Shown in pieces: positions 8,260-18,413 of a stretch of DNA of 64,000 nucleotides. The DNA comes from Promethearchaeota archaeon. Lineage in GTDB: Archaea; Asgardarchaeota; Lokiarchaeia; Sigyniarchaeales; SOKP01. Numbering within the stretch: position 1 is the first letter of the stretch; every line of letters begins with the position of its first letter. The position numbers and the translations under genes are program-made. The notes under the pieces were generated by a model. It was not told where the DNA came from. It did no database searches and worked only from the letters and a program-made list of their open reading frames with translations. Where the stretch lies: positions 1 to 64,000 of the forward strand of contig JAUVNS010000020.1 in NCBI GenBank assembly GCA_030599585.1, read 5' to 3'.

Positions 8260-10575
8260 ATATCGCACCCGCTTTTAAAGGAAAACATTGTTCTGAGGAG
8301 AGCATATCAAGAAAATATTTTTATAAATTGCCTTAATGCAAACTGCTTAGTTGTCATTCCAACGGGATTAGGAAAAACAATAATTGCTTTAATGTTAGCT
8401 ATACACAAATTGTCAGAAACGCCTAATTCTAAAATAATCTTCTTAGCTCCAACTAAGCCTCTTGTAAATCAACATTATAAATCTTTTTTAGATTTAACGG
8501 TTATTCCTGAAGAGAACTTAAAAGTAATTACTGGAACTACATCACCAGAGAAAAGGAAGGATATTTGGAAGGATTTAGAAATTGCTTTTATGACACCTCA
8601 GGTACTTCAAAATGATATTATCTCTAATCTTTACTCGTTAGAGAATGTACCGTTAATAATTTTTGATGAATGTCATCGAAGTGTAGGTGATTACGCGTAT
8701 TGTTTTATTGCTAAGAAATATGTCGAATCCGCTAAGAATTTTCAAATTTTAGGTCTTACCGCAAGTCCAGGATCTACGGAAGAGAAGATTAACGAAATAA
8801 AAAAGAATTTATATATCGACCATGTCGAAATCAGAACAGAACAAGATTCGGATGTGAAACCTTACATCTTTAAGGTTGAGAACGAGTGGATTAAGGTTAA
8901 ACTTCCAAGTGAATTTATGGATATTAAAAAAATAATAACCGAGAAATTAAGAACAATTTATAAATGGTTAAAGCAACAAGAATTACTAAATTCGTCAGAT
9001 ATTACTAAGGTTACTAGAAAAGATTTGCTTGCGTTAGATAGAGTAATTAATGGAAGAATTTCCTCTGCAAGAACAGATGAGGAGAAGTTTAGATTATTTA
9101 CTGCGAAAAAATCTATGGCAAATGCGATAAGATTGTCCCACATGGATGAACTTATCGAGACTCAAGGAGTTAGCGCATTAGATGATTACATGAGAAAAAA
9201 TATTAAAAAGATAAAACAAAACACTGCAAATAAATCACTAAAAGAACTTTTTAGAGATTCTGACATAAAGCGCGCTCTTAGGTTAATAGGAACTAGCAAA
9301 CAAAAAGGTATTGTTCATCCTAAACTTGAAAAACTTGCGGAAATTTTACATAATCAGATCATTGAAAATAGAGACTCGAGAATATTAGTATTTTGTCATT
9401 TTAGAGACTCTGTCAACAATATAGTTAAATTTATTGAAAGAGATGAAGTGGTTAAGGCTCACAAATTCGTAGGACAAGCTAACAAAGCTCTAGATAAAGG
9501 TCTAACTCAAAAAAAGCAAATTCAATTACTAGAAGAGTTCAAAGAAGGAATATATAACACATTAATAGCTACAAGTGTTGGAGAAGAAGGTTTAGATATA
9601 GCGGAATGTGATTTAGTAATATTTTATGACATAGTACCAAGTGCTGTGCGTTCTATTCAACGCCGAGGAAGAACTGGGAGAAAAAAGGAAGGAAAAGTTC
9701 TCTTATTAATGGCTGAAGGTACTCGTGATGAAGGATATTTTTGGGCTGAAAAAGCTAAGGAACGGGTTATGCATCAAAGCTTAAAAAACATGAAAGAAAA
9801 TGATTCAAGCTCGAAAGCAGGACAATCAAACCTTTTAAATTTTATAAAAGAAGAAGAAGACAATAAGGATTCTAGTAATTTAAAAAATATTTCAGATTTA
9901 TCGTCTATCCAGAAGATTGAGGGTGCTCAGGATTACACAATAATTTGTGATAATAGAGAGACAGCCTCTGCTGTTGTTAGAGCATTATCCCTTATGGGAG
10001 TTAGTTTAGAACTAAAACAATTACCCGTCGCAGACTATATACTCTCAGAAAGAGTTGGGATCGAAAGAAAATCAGCACCAGATTTTAACGATTCCGTTAA
10101 GGATGGGAGACTGTTTAATGAACTCTTTGAGTTAAAAAACAATTTTGTCAGGCCCATTTTAATATTAGAAGGGGACCCTTTTTTAAATTCAAACATTAAC
10201 CAAAACGCCCTCTACGGTGCGATTACTTCAATAATTTTGAATTTAGGAATTACAATATATAAAACAAACAATCCGTCTGACTCTGCCATGTTTATTTATC
10301 AGCTAGCTAAAAAAGAACAGTCAGATACTAAAAAGGAATTTAAATTAAGATTTGACAAGAAACCAATAGAAATTACTAGTTTATTAGAATACATCGTTGC
10401 AGGTATACCAGGTATAAACGCTCTTAGAGCTAAAAACTTACTTAGAGAATTGAAATCGCTTCAAAAGATTTTTAACGCTGATATTGGGGATTTAATGAGT
10501 GTTGAAAATATTGGAAAGAAAATTGCTCAAGAAATATATAAACTAAGCAGATTTAAATATCAAGATAAAACCTAA
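8260..10575 (+). CDS. hef: Hef / FANCM-like DEAH helicase-ERCC4 nuclease (N-terminus extends upstream of the ATG at 8392)
   Basis: The in-frame upstream sequence SHPLLKENIVLRRAYQ...IPTGLGKT (Q motif and Walker A) precedes the ATG. Also DECH, LTASPG, QRRGRTGR, ERCC4 DNRE...ADYI...ERK and a C-terminal HhH. Start is inferred at ATA 8260. Confidence 0.93.
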   Translation: MSHPLLKENIVLRRAYQENIFINCLNANCLVVIPTGLGKTIIALMLAIHKLSETPNSKIIFLAPTKPLVNQHYKSFLDLTVIPEENLKVITGTTSPEKRKDIWKDLEIAFMTPQVLQNDIISNLYSLENVPLIIFDECHRSVGDYAYCFIAKKYVESAKNFQILGLTASPGSTEEKINEIKKNLYIDHVEIRTEQDSDVKPYIFKVENEWIKVKLPSEFMDIKKIITEKLRTIYKWLKQQELLNSSDITKVTRKDLLALDRVINGRISSARTDEEKFRLFTAKKSMANAIRLSHMDELIETQGVSALDDYMRKNIKKIKQNTANKSLKELFRDSDIKRALRLIGTSKQKGIVHPKLEKLAEILHNQIIENRDSRILVFCHFRDSVNNIVKFIERDEVVKAHKFVGQANKALDKGLTQKKQIQLLEEFKEGIYNTLIATSVGEEGLDIAECDLVIFYDIVPSAVRSIQRRGRTGRKKEGKVLLLMAEGTRDEGYFWAEKAKERVMHQSLKNMKENDSSSKAGQSNLLNFIKEEEDNKDSSNLKNISDLSSIQKIEGAQDYTIICDNRETASAVVRALSLMGVSLELKQLPVADYILSERVGIERKSAPDFNDSVKDGRLFNELFELKNNFVRPILILEGDPFLNSNINQNALYGAITSIILNLGITIYKTNNPSDSAMFIYQLAKKEQSDTKKEFKLRFDKKPIEITSLLEYIVAGIPGINALRAKNLLRELKSLQKIFNADIGDLMSVENIGKKIAQEIYKLSRFKYQDKT

Positions 10576-10593
10576 ATTGTGTAAGATTAGTGT

Positions 10594-11901
10594 TTACGCT
10601 AAATTTTTAATCTTTTTAACGCCTTCACCGATTCTTTTTAATATCTCTTCGATTTCTTTTTCTTTCACGATTAAGGGTGGCATCATTATGATCGTGTCCT
10701 TTTTATTTCCACAGTAATTTTGTAGAACGCCTTCTTTTATTATGGAAAGCATAGCTAATTGCCCTAGTGTTTCGCTATTAAACTCCATGCCCCACATAAG
10801 TCCCCTCCCTCTCACTTCATTTATTATTTCAGAATTATCGTCTGCAATTTCCTCCAAACCCTTCTTAAAAAGTTTCCCCATCTCCTTTACATGATTCAAA
10901 AATTTTGGATCAGATTGGATATCTAGCATTTCACATGCAACGACACAACCTAAGTCAGAACCTCCTGTTGTAGAAATGTGTATGAATGGGTCGTCTTTAA
11001 AAACTGCTTTCTCTATGAATGGTTTATAACTGCAAGTAGTGATCGGATAAATTCCAGCACTCATACCCTTACCTAATACCATAAAATCAGGTATAACCTT
11101 TTCGCGTTCATAAAGTCCTCCATAGATTGCCCAAAAATGACCAGTTCGCCCAAGTCCTGTTTGAACTTCGTCGATTATCATCATAACACCAAAATCATCG
11201 CATAATTCTCGAACTTCTGAAAAATAGCCCTCTTGAGCAATTAATACACCTGCTGATGCTGGGATTGTTTCCAGGATGATGCAAGCAACATCATCCGAAA
11301 TGCTCTTTTTTAATGCATCAATATCGCCAAATGGTACTTGCGTAAAATCCGAAAGATTCCAAAGGAAATTTTCTTTAAAGTCAGGATCTCCAGCTGCTAA
11401 CGCAAAACCAGTATGACCATGAAATCCTCCAATTGCAGATAAGCATTTTTTACGTTTCGTATATGCCCTTGAAAATTTAATAGCTGAATCTACTGACTCA
11501 CCACCACTAACTCCAAATGTAGTTTTTGTAATCCCGGGTGGCATAAGCTTTGCTATCTTTTCCCCTAACAAAGCTCTCCATTCTGACAATAATAGATGAT
11601 CACCTATATCTAATCCGCTATCTAAAGCGTCCTTAAGGATTTGGACAATTTTTTGGTTACCATGCCCTAAATTATAAACACCGCCACATGTGTGGCAATT
11701 AAAAAGTTCCAATGGTGGATCATTGGGTCTTGGTCCAGCCAAAGTTTTAATCTTAATGCCCTTCCTCTCCCCAGGAATAATTCCAAGACCAAATCCTTTA
11801 AATACACGAACTTTTGGTGAATTTACATACTTTGCGTATAACTTCAATAGCTCTTTCTGAGATAAAGTTCCAAAAAATCTATTATTTGAACCTTCTTTCA
11901 T
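10594..11901 (-). CDS. Class III PLP aminotransferase (putrescine/acetylornithine-type)
   Basis: Motifs SGGESVDSAIK, FHGHT, IIDEVQTGLGRTG, LGKGM and VRGRGLMWG. Confidence 0.92.
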   Translation of the reverse strand: MKEGSNNRFFGTLSQKELLKLYAKYVNSPKVRVFKGFGLGIIPGERKGIKIKTLAGPRPNDPPLELFNCHTCGGVYNLGHGNQKIVQILKDALDSGLDIGDHLLLSEWRALLGEKIAKLMPPGITKTTFGVSGGESVDSAIKFSRAYTKRKKCLSAIGGFHGHTGFALAAGDPDFKENFLWNLSDFTQVPFGDIDALKKSISDDVACIILETIPASAGVLIAQEGYFSEVRELCDDFGVMMIIDEVQTGLGRTGHFWAIYGGLYEREKVIPDFMVLGKGMSAGIYPITTCSYKPFIEKAVFKDDPFIHISTTGGSDLGCVVACEMLDIQSDPKFLNHVKEMGKLFKKGLEEIADDNSEIINEVRGRGLMWGMEFNSETLGQLAMLSIIKEGVLQNYCGNKKDTIIMMPPLIVKEKEIEEILKRIGEGVKKIKNLA

Positions 11902-12114
11902 AATTCATCAGCGTTATTTTTAAGTTAATGTATAATACTTGATTATTGATTTAAGATCATAGTCTTTAATAGAATTTACAGATAAAAGTTATGAAATAAA
12001 TGAAAAATCAAACTGTTAATATTAATAACAAAAATTTTATGATTAAAGATTAATCTTTTTATTGTAGTAGTAATATAATTAGAATGTTATTAAAAAAACT
12101 TGATGTGATTTACC

Positions 12115-12705
12115 ATAATCAAATTTAAAGTAATTGTAGCTGGGGCTAAAAATGTCGGAAAAACATCTCTCATAAGGCGTTATGCAACAGGCAAATTTGA
12201 TAAATCAACTTTATCAACGATTGGAGTAGATTTTGAAACAAAGAAGGTAGTTGTTGATGATACTGAGATTCTCTTAAATATTTGGGATTTCGCTGGAGAG
12301 AAAAAGTTTCGACTTCTACTTCCCTCATATGTATCGGGAGCTTCTGGGGCTTTAATGCTTTACGATATAACAAATAAAGATTCTTTAGGAGATCTTCACG
12401 ATTGGGTGAAAACTATTAGTTCAGTTCCAAATTATCCAAAAACTAAGCTACTAATTGAGGCAAAAATTGATTTAGAAAACCAGAGAGAAGTAACTCATGA
12501 TGATGCTAAGGCACTATTTGACAAATACAAATTTCAAGGAGACATCCATGGTGTGTCCTCAAAGACGGGAGAAAATGTCGAAAATGTTTTTGAGACGCTC
12601 GGAAGAGAGATTATCAAGAATTCTTTAAAAAAATGCACGAGCTGCGACAAATTTTACCCTTTAGAACTTAAATATTGTCAATATTGCGGTCAGAAAACAC
12701 GGTAA
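12115..12705 (+). CDS. Rab/Ras-like small GTPase with C-terminal zinc ribbon
   Basis: In frame upstream of ATG 12355: G1 GAKNVGKTS, STIGVDF and G3 WDFAGE. Downstream: G4-like EAKID, G5 SSKTG, and CTSC...CQYC. Start is inferred at ATA 12115. Confidence 0.92.
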   Translation: MIKFKVIVAGAKNVGKTSLIRRYATGKFDKSTLSTIGVDFETKKVVVDDTEILLNIWDFAGEKKFRLLLPSYVSGASGALMLYDITNKDSLGDLHDWVKTISSVPNYPKTKLLIEAKIDLENQREVTHDDAKALFDKYKFQGDIHGVSSKTGENVENVFETLGREIIKNSLKKCTSCDKFYPLELKYCQYCGQKTR

Positions 12706-12810
12706 TTCTGTTAATTGCTTATTTTCAATCATTAGGATTAAAGAATCTATATCTTTTTAAAAAATAAAACGCTTATCAAAAATAATATTCTAAAAAATAG
12801 GTAATTTAAC

Positions 12811-13881
12811 TTGAAATACGATTTAAATGATGACCTCAACGAAATTTTAAAGCGTTTAAAAGACGATGAAATTTCTTTTCGTGGTAAGACAATTTTAGTT
12901 ACAGGAGGAGCAGGCTTCTTAGGTTCGTGGATTTGTGATGTACTAGTAAAACAGGGAGCGTATTGCATTTGTTTAGACAATCTATCTTCAGGAAGATTTG
13001 AAAATATTTCACATTTAATGGATAAAGATAATTTCCGCTTCATAAATCACGACATTTCTAAATCAATATTTTTTGGATTCACCCATCATCCAAATGGAAT
13101 ATGTATCGGCGATATTAAAAAAATCGACATCGTGATGCATATGGCAAGTAGAGCGTCTCCGTTTGAGTTTAGTAAATTTCCAATCCCTATATTAAAAAGT
13201 AATACTTTAGGGACGATGAATGCTCTGGGAATTGCAAAAGCTCATAATGCTATATTTTTTTATACGAGCACCTCTGAGGTTTATGGGAATCCTCCCGACG
13301 ATGTTATCCCAACATCTGAAGAATATTTTGGACATGTTAATCCTGTAGGGCCCAGAAGTTGCTACGACGAATCTAAAAGAGCTGGAGAAGCTTTCGTTAA
13401 AGCTTACGAACTCCAACATGGAATTAAAACAAAAATTGTTCGAATTTTTAATACATCTGGCCCCAGGATTCGATTCGGTCCGGAATTTGGTAGAGTTATC
13501 CCTAACTTTATAAAACAGGCTTTAAACAACGAAGAGATAACTATCTTTGGTGATGGGTCACAAACAAGATCATTTATTTACGTAGTTGATGAAATTGAAG
13601 GTCTTTTAAAAATTGTTTATAAAGACGAAGCGATTGGAGAAGTTATTAATTTAGGTAATAATAAGGAACATACTATCTTAGAATTGGCAAAAATTATCAA
13701 AGAATTATCCAATTCAGAATCAGTAATTACATTTAAACCTTTACCTATTGACGATCCAACAAGAAGATGTGCTGATTTAAAAAAAGCAAACAGAATCTTA
13801 AATTGGCGACCCACGACACCTCTAAAAGAAGGTTTGTCGAAAACTATAGCCTGGTTTAAAGAAAATGTCCCGATTGAATGA
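12811..13881 (+). CDS. NAD-dependent epimerase/dehydratase, UDP-glucuronate decarboxylase (UXS)-like
   Basis: Motifs TGGAGFLGS, ASRASP, STSEVYG, GPRSCYDESKR, RIFNT-GPR, GDGSQTRSF and DDPTRR. Confidence 0.9.
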   Translation: MKYDLNDDLNEILKRLKDDEISFRGKTILVTGGAGFLGSWICDVLVKQGAYCICLDNLSSGRFENISHLMDKDNFRFINHDISKSIFFGFTHHPNGICIGDIKKIDIVMHMASRASPFEFSKFPIPILKSNTLGTMNALGIAKAHNAIFFYTSTSEVYGNPPDDVIPTSEEYFGHVNPVGPRSCYDESKRAGEAFVKAYELQHGIKTKIVRIFNTSGPRIRFGPEFGRVIPNFIKQALNNEEITIFGDGSQTRSFIYVVDEIEGLLKIVYKDEAIGEVINLGNNKEHTILELAKIIKELSNSESVITFKPLPIDDPTRRCADLKKANRILNWRPTTPLKEGLSKTIAWFKENVPIE

Positions 13882-14389
13882 AAAACAAGATTCAAGTAAA
13901 CTTAACAGAAATTATAAAGAGTTTGATAAACTTCTCAAATTGCTCCTCATAATTGGTATCATTATTATATCGGGGTTTATAATTTACGCCTTTTTAACTC
14001 CTAAACCGGGTTATTGGTATCTTGGTATTTTGAATTCTGACAAAAAAGCAGAAAATTACCCTACAGAAGCTGCTGTTGATGTAAATATTACTTTTTATAT
14101 TTCTGTTGGAAATTATTTAAATCGGGATTTTTCATTCCGTATAGAAATTTTGAAGGGAGATAACGAAACTGTACTAGGGCCATCACCTTCTTTAAACGCA
14201 ACCTCGTTCGTAAATTCGTCAACAATTACTTTACTACATGGAGCAGAATGGATTTCAAGTGCATTTAATATTTCTTTTTCGCAGCGGGGGAATAACCAAT
14301 CAATCATTGCAGAACTGTGGGAAATCCCTTCCGTAGGTGTTAGAAGATTTTATGACGTAGTATATATAAGATTAAATATTACTTTCTAA
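13865..14389 (+). CDS. DUF1616-like membrane-anchored protein
   Basis: Single N-terminal TM followed by ILNSDKKAENYPT and a beta-rich domain with several NxT/S sequons. Confidence 0.6.
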   Translation: MSRLNEKQDSSKLNRNYKEFDKLLKLLLIIGIIIISGFIIYAFLTPKPGYWYLGILNSDKKAENYPTEAAVDVNITFYISVGNYLNRDFSFRIEILKGDNETVLGPSPSLNATSFVNSSTITLLHGAEWISSAFNISFSQRGNNQSIIAELWEIPSVGVRRFYDVVYIRLNITF

Positions 14390-15762
14390 CTCTGAGCACC
14401 TATTATTTGAACATTATCAATTTTTACATAGGGTGCGGAGTAAGATCCGTAAACCTTATATTCTTTTGATATAGAAGTAATGTTTTCAAACAAATCTAAT
14501 AGATTTATACCGAACATAGTTTCATTTAAAGCATGCTTTATTTGACCATTTTGTATCAAATTTCCTTGTGAAATCAAGCCTGAAAAATCACCAGTTGCAA
14601 TATTTGGAGAATCTGCGGTTGAATTTAACAAAATACCTTCTTTTACATTTTGTATTAATTCTTCTTTTTGAGCTGTTCCAGGTTGTAAAATTAAATTCGA
14701 TATTCCTATTGAAGGAATGGAGCTAAATGATCTTCTTGATGCGTTTCCTGTGCTTTCGACACCCTCTTTTCCAGCAGTATAACTGTTGTGCAACAATCCT
14801 GATTGCAGAAATTGTCCATGTTCGATAATTTTTTTATTTCTACAAGGAAACCCTTCACCATCAAAAATATTAGAGCCAACTCTACCATTAATTAAAGCGT
14901 TGTCATCCATATTTATCAAATCTGAACCGATCTTTTTTCCTCTTTTGCCAACTAAAAAACTTCGTTTATATTGATATGTTTCTGCATTAATTGCAGATGC
15001 GATAGGATTTAATATTAGATTTATTGTCCCCTTCGGAGAAAGTATCACTTGCATTTTTTTTGTTTTAATTTTTTTTCTATGTAGATTTCTCTTAGCATTT
15101 TTTAGTGCTTCCTCTGCAGTTTTTGTTGCATCGATATCAATTAGCTTTCTTTTCATTTGAGATTCGTATCCATTTGAAACTTCTCCATTAATCGTATCTT
15201 TCACTATCATATTTGACGATGTATTAAAATAGGTCTCCTCTCCACTTACCTCTATGCCGTTCGAGTTGAAAATATAAGAAAAATTGCTATTAGCTGTAAA
15301 ATCTCCTGATTGTGATATTGCTTGGTCATCCTCAGCACAAACTTTAATCAGATCTTTAACATATTCTATTGCATCCTCGATTGATAAGTTCTTTATGCTT
15401 TTATCGTATAAATCTTCAACCACTGCATAGGACTTTAATTTTTCAGGCAAATTTTTAAAGTTAGGATCGGGAGTTCCGACACGCATCATTTTGATGGCAT
15501 TTTTAACAATTTTTTCTACAACATTTTTTTTCATTATGTTTGTAAATGCGAACCCAATGGACCCATTTGTTTGATAAATTCTGATTGAAATTCCATGATT
15601 TCTCCCAGTTTCGCTGGATTTTACCGAATTTTCCTCTACTTCGATATTAAGATATTGACTTTTTCCGATAAAAATTTCAGCACATTTATAATTTGAAAAA
15701 TTTTTTTCGGCAATTTTAATAGCAAATTTAGCAAGCTCAAATACATCTATATCCTCATACAT
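14386..15762 (-). CDS. pmbA: TldE/PmbA family protein
   Basis: Motifs FDGEG, STGNASR and GDFS. No HExxxH. Paired with TldD. Confidence 0.88.
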   Translation of the reverse strand: MYEDIDVFELAKFAIKIAEKNFSNYKCAEIFIGKSQYLNIEVEENSVKSSETGRNHGISIRIYQTNGSIGFAFTNIMKKNVVEKIVKNAIKMMRVGTPDPNFKNLPEKLKSYAVVEDLYDKSIKNLSIEDAIEYVKDLIKVCAEDDQAISQSGDFTANSNFSYIFNSNGIEVSGEETYFNTSSNMIVKDTINGEVSNGYESQMKRKLIDIDATKTAEEALKNAKRNLHRKKIKTKKMQVILSPKGTINLILNPIASAINAETYQYKRSFLVGKRGKKIGSDLINMDDNALINGRVGSNIFDGEGFPCRNKKIIEHGQFLQSGLLHNSYTAGKEGVESTGNASRRSFSSIPSIGISNLILQPGTAQKEELIQNVKEGILLNSTADSPNIATGDFSGLISQGNLIQNGQIKHALNETMFGINLLDLFENITSISKEYKVYGSYSAPYVKIDNVQIIGAQS

Positions 15763-17226
15763 TTAATTCAATCCTCCCACCGTGATGTCATCAACTCTGA
15801 TATATGGTCCACCATCGCAAACCCTAATGCTTTGGCCTCCCTTTCCGCAAACACCGTCACTGTAGCTAAACGATTTTTGATCACCAATCGCTGAAACTTT
15901 TTTTAACACCTCAAGAATCATTCCCGACAACGCAACATCCCTCATTAATTCTTTTTTCTCTCCATTTTCGATTTTATACGAGAACTTACACTTAAATTGA
16001 AAGTTTCCAGTAGTTGGATTAGTATAACCGTACAAAAAATCTTCGCAAAGAATTCCATTTTTTGTGTCTTGTATTAATTCTTCGATGTTCCAATCTTTTG
16101 GTTCAATGTAAGTGAACCCCATTCGGACTTGAGGTTTAGCGGAACTAGATGAAGCTCTTCCGTGACCGTTTGGGGGTAAATTCATTCTTGATGATGTTTC
16201 TAAATTATGCAGGTAATTTTTCAGTACGCCATTTTCAATAATTGTTGTTTTTTGGGATGGAATTCCTTCGTCATCTATAAAATAGCTCCCAAATAACTCA
16301 TAAGGAAGTCCAAGTTTTTTACCTTGCCCCATTGAAGGATCATCGATCACATTGATATCTGGTAAAGCTATTTTTTTTCCTATTTTTTCTTTCAAAATAC
16401 TTTCTTTACTTAAAACCAAATCAGCCTCGCATGCATGTCCAAGAGCTTCGTGAATTAAGGTTCCGGCTAATTTAGGATCAGCAATAATAGTAAATTGTCC
16501 ACCTATAGGAGATTTCGCGTCTAGTAATTTAATCGACTCTTGGGCTGTTTTTTCGCTTAATTTTTCTGCCTTTTCTGTTGATACTATCTCAAATCCACCT
16601 AAGCCCCCTACAGAATTAATAGATTTCTGGGTTACTCCTGCTTTTCGGGAATATACCATGTTTAATAATCGCAAATACGAAAGCTTTTGTTTAATTTTAC
16701 TTCCAAATGAACTGATAAAGATGTAATTGCTAACGCCATCCATATAAATTGTTCGCGTATTTGTTACTAACTTAGAAGAATCTATGGCAATTTTTTCATG
16801 AGATTTTACTAATTTTATTTTTTCTTCAATATTTACATCCGATAAGGGTATTTTGCTATCAATTTTGAAGCTTTTCTCTAAAGGATCCCTTTCAATTATT
16901 TTAAACTCATTTTTTATTAACGATCGTGTTAATTTCGCTAGCTTTATTGATTTTAAGAAGCTCGATCTAATGCTATCCTTATTAAGATCCTTGAGAACAC
17001 TAAAACCCCATCCTCCATTTATAAAAGCTCTTATTCCACAATTTGTCATCTCATATGAAGAAATCTCCGTACTCCTTTGATCTGTGAAATCTAAAGTCGT
17101 TCCTTCGCTGACCGTTGCTCTAATATCCCAATATTCGACTTTATTCCCCGCTTCTCGCAACAAGTCTGCTATGAAAGCATTGTCAAATAGGCTTAATTCA
17201 TTATCTGTCTCCATAAAACTCGTCAA
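15763..17226 (-). CDS. tldD: TldD family metalloprotease
   Basis: Motifs HEALGHACEAD, DDEG, GHGRA...PQVRM and CGKGGQ...GGP. Confidence 0.92.
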   Translation of the reverse strand: MTSFMETDNELSLFDNAFIADLLREAGNKVEYWDIRATVSEGTTLDFTDQRSTEISSYEMTNCGIRAFINGGWGFSVLKDLNKDSIRSSFLKSIKLAKLTRSLIKNEFKIIERDPLEKSFKIDSKIPLSDVNIEEKIKLVKSHEKIAIDSSKLVTNTRTIYMDGVSNYIFISSFGSKIKQKLSYLRLLNMVYSRKAGVTQKSINSVGGLGGFEIVSTEKAEKLSEKTAQESIKLLDAKSPIGGQFTIIADPKLAGTLIHEALGHACEADLVLSKESILKEKIGKKIALPDINVIDDPSMGQGKKLGLPYELFGSYFIDDEGIPSQKTTIIENGVLKNYLHNLETSSRMNLPPNGHGRASSSSAKPQVRMGFTYIEPKDWNIEELIQDTKNGILCEDFLYGYTNPTTGNFQFKCKFSYKIENGEKKELMRDVALSGMILEVLKKVSAIGDQKSFSYSDGVCGKGGQSIRVCDGGPYIRVDDITVGGLN

Positions 17227-17324
17227 ATCACAATATAAACATAAAACTTCTTGATAAATAATAATAAGAGTCTTAAGAAAGTGAAGAATAGAGATTTAAA
17301 TAATTTTTTTCTTTAGAGGATTTT

Positions 17325-17570
17325 TTAATTCAAATTTTTTTCATAATCAAGAAATTTAAAAAGAGTTTCTTTTTCTCCTTTCATTTTTATTTTCTTGATA
17401 ATTTTAATAGCGTCCGCTAAAGTTACCGTTCTTGTAACCTTAAATGAGTTCTTAAACTGAAAAGATCGATTACACTTCCAACATTTTTTCGTTTTTAAAA
17501 TTTTATTGCTATAATACCACTCTCCACAATGATAACAACGAAAAAAGTAGAATTTCTGAACATTGCGCAT
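17325..17570 (-). CDS. Small zinc-ribbon protein (DUF1922-like)
   Basis: Motif FRCYHCG...KKCWKCNR. Confidence 0.7.
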   Translation of the reverse strand: MRNVQKFYFFRCYHCGEWYYSNKILKTKKCWKCNRSFQFKNSFKVTRTVTLADAIKIIKKIKMKGEKETLFKFLDYEKNLN

Positions 17571-17736
17571 TATATAGATATAGCAAAAATTTTAGCATTT
17601 ATGGAAAATAAGGCTACAAGTTTTCTAACATACAATAAATATATTTGATAGTTAATATATAGAATATATAAAAAAAAGTTAAATTTACCAGAGACGTTAT
17701 TATTCCTAGATAGAATCATAAAAAGTTGGGGATATT

Positions 17737-18399
17737 ATGAAGGAGATAACTGAGAAAGAATTAAAAAAGCTAAATATCGACGAATTAACGCACTTGTTTG
17801 TGGATAATATAAATGAACAAAATTTGAAATTAATTAAAGGGATAGAATTTCTGGTCGAGGAAAAATTTGATGATTTTACGAAAAATTTAAATTACGTTAT
17901 AGAGACTAATACCGAAGTACAAATCAAGAAAGTTTTTGAGGGTAAAATCTTCAAATCTAAATTAATGTTCTCAAAAGCAGACAGGTTAAAGCTATTCACT
18001 AAAATTAATGATATCAAAGGTATTGGAGAATTCATTGCCAATAAAATGCTTCTCTACAAAGTAGTATTTCCAGATAATGAATTTAAAACCCAACTCATTA
18101 ACATTTTAAAATCATTAAAATCGATTTCTAATGGTTTAACTGAAGCGGTAAAAGCCATTGGCTCGGATTTGAGTAAAGCTCATAGTATTTGTGAAGATGT
18201 GAAAGATGAAAGAAGAAAAATGAGAAAAGAAGAGTGGCAATTACTGAACCGTTTGTATAATTATGACATGGATTACCTATCAAGAACTTTTCTTTACTTG
18301 AAAGAACTAGTAGAAGATATTATGATGTTGGCTGACCATATTAAAAGTTTTTCAGAGTATATTCAATTTTTAGCAACAAAATATTTAATCTTTGATTAA
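17737..18399 (+). CDS. DUF47/PhoU-like phosphate-transport regulator
   Basis: All-helical protein upstream of a PiT gene. Resembles the downstream DUF47 paralog. Confidence 0.65.
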   Translation: MKEITEKELKKLNIDELTHLFVDNINEQNLKLIKGIEFLVEEKFDDFTKNLNYVIETNTEVQIKKVFEGKIFKSKLMFSKADRLKLFTKINDIKGIGEFIANKMLLYKVVFPDNEFKTQLINILKSLKSISNGLTEAVKAIGSDLSKAHSICEDVKDERRKMRKEEWQLLNRLYNYDMDYLSRTFLYLKELVEDIMMLADHIKSFSEYIQFLATKYLIFD

Positions 18400-18413
18400 A
18401 AAAACTGATTGTT

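Noticed and set aside
8230-12108. Selenocysteine or UGA read-through at in-frame TGA codons upstream of hef (GTG ATT TGA) and the GTPase (ATG TGA)
   Set aside because: These codons lie within or beside the SD-like GGTGAT/GATGTGAT motifs, neither family is a known selenoprotein, and I saw no SECIS. Non-canonical starts explain the data more simply.
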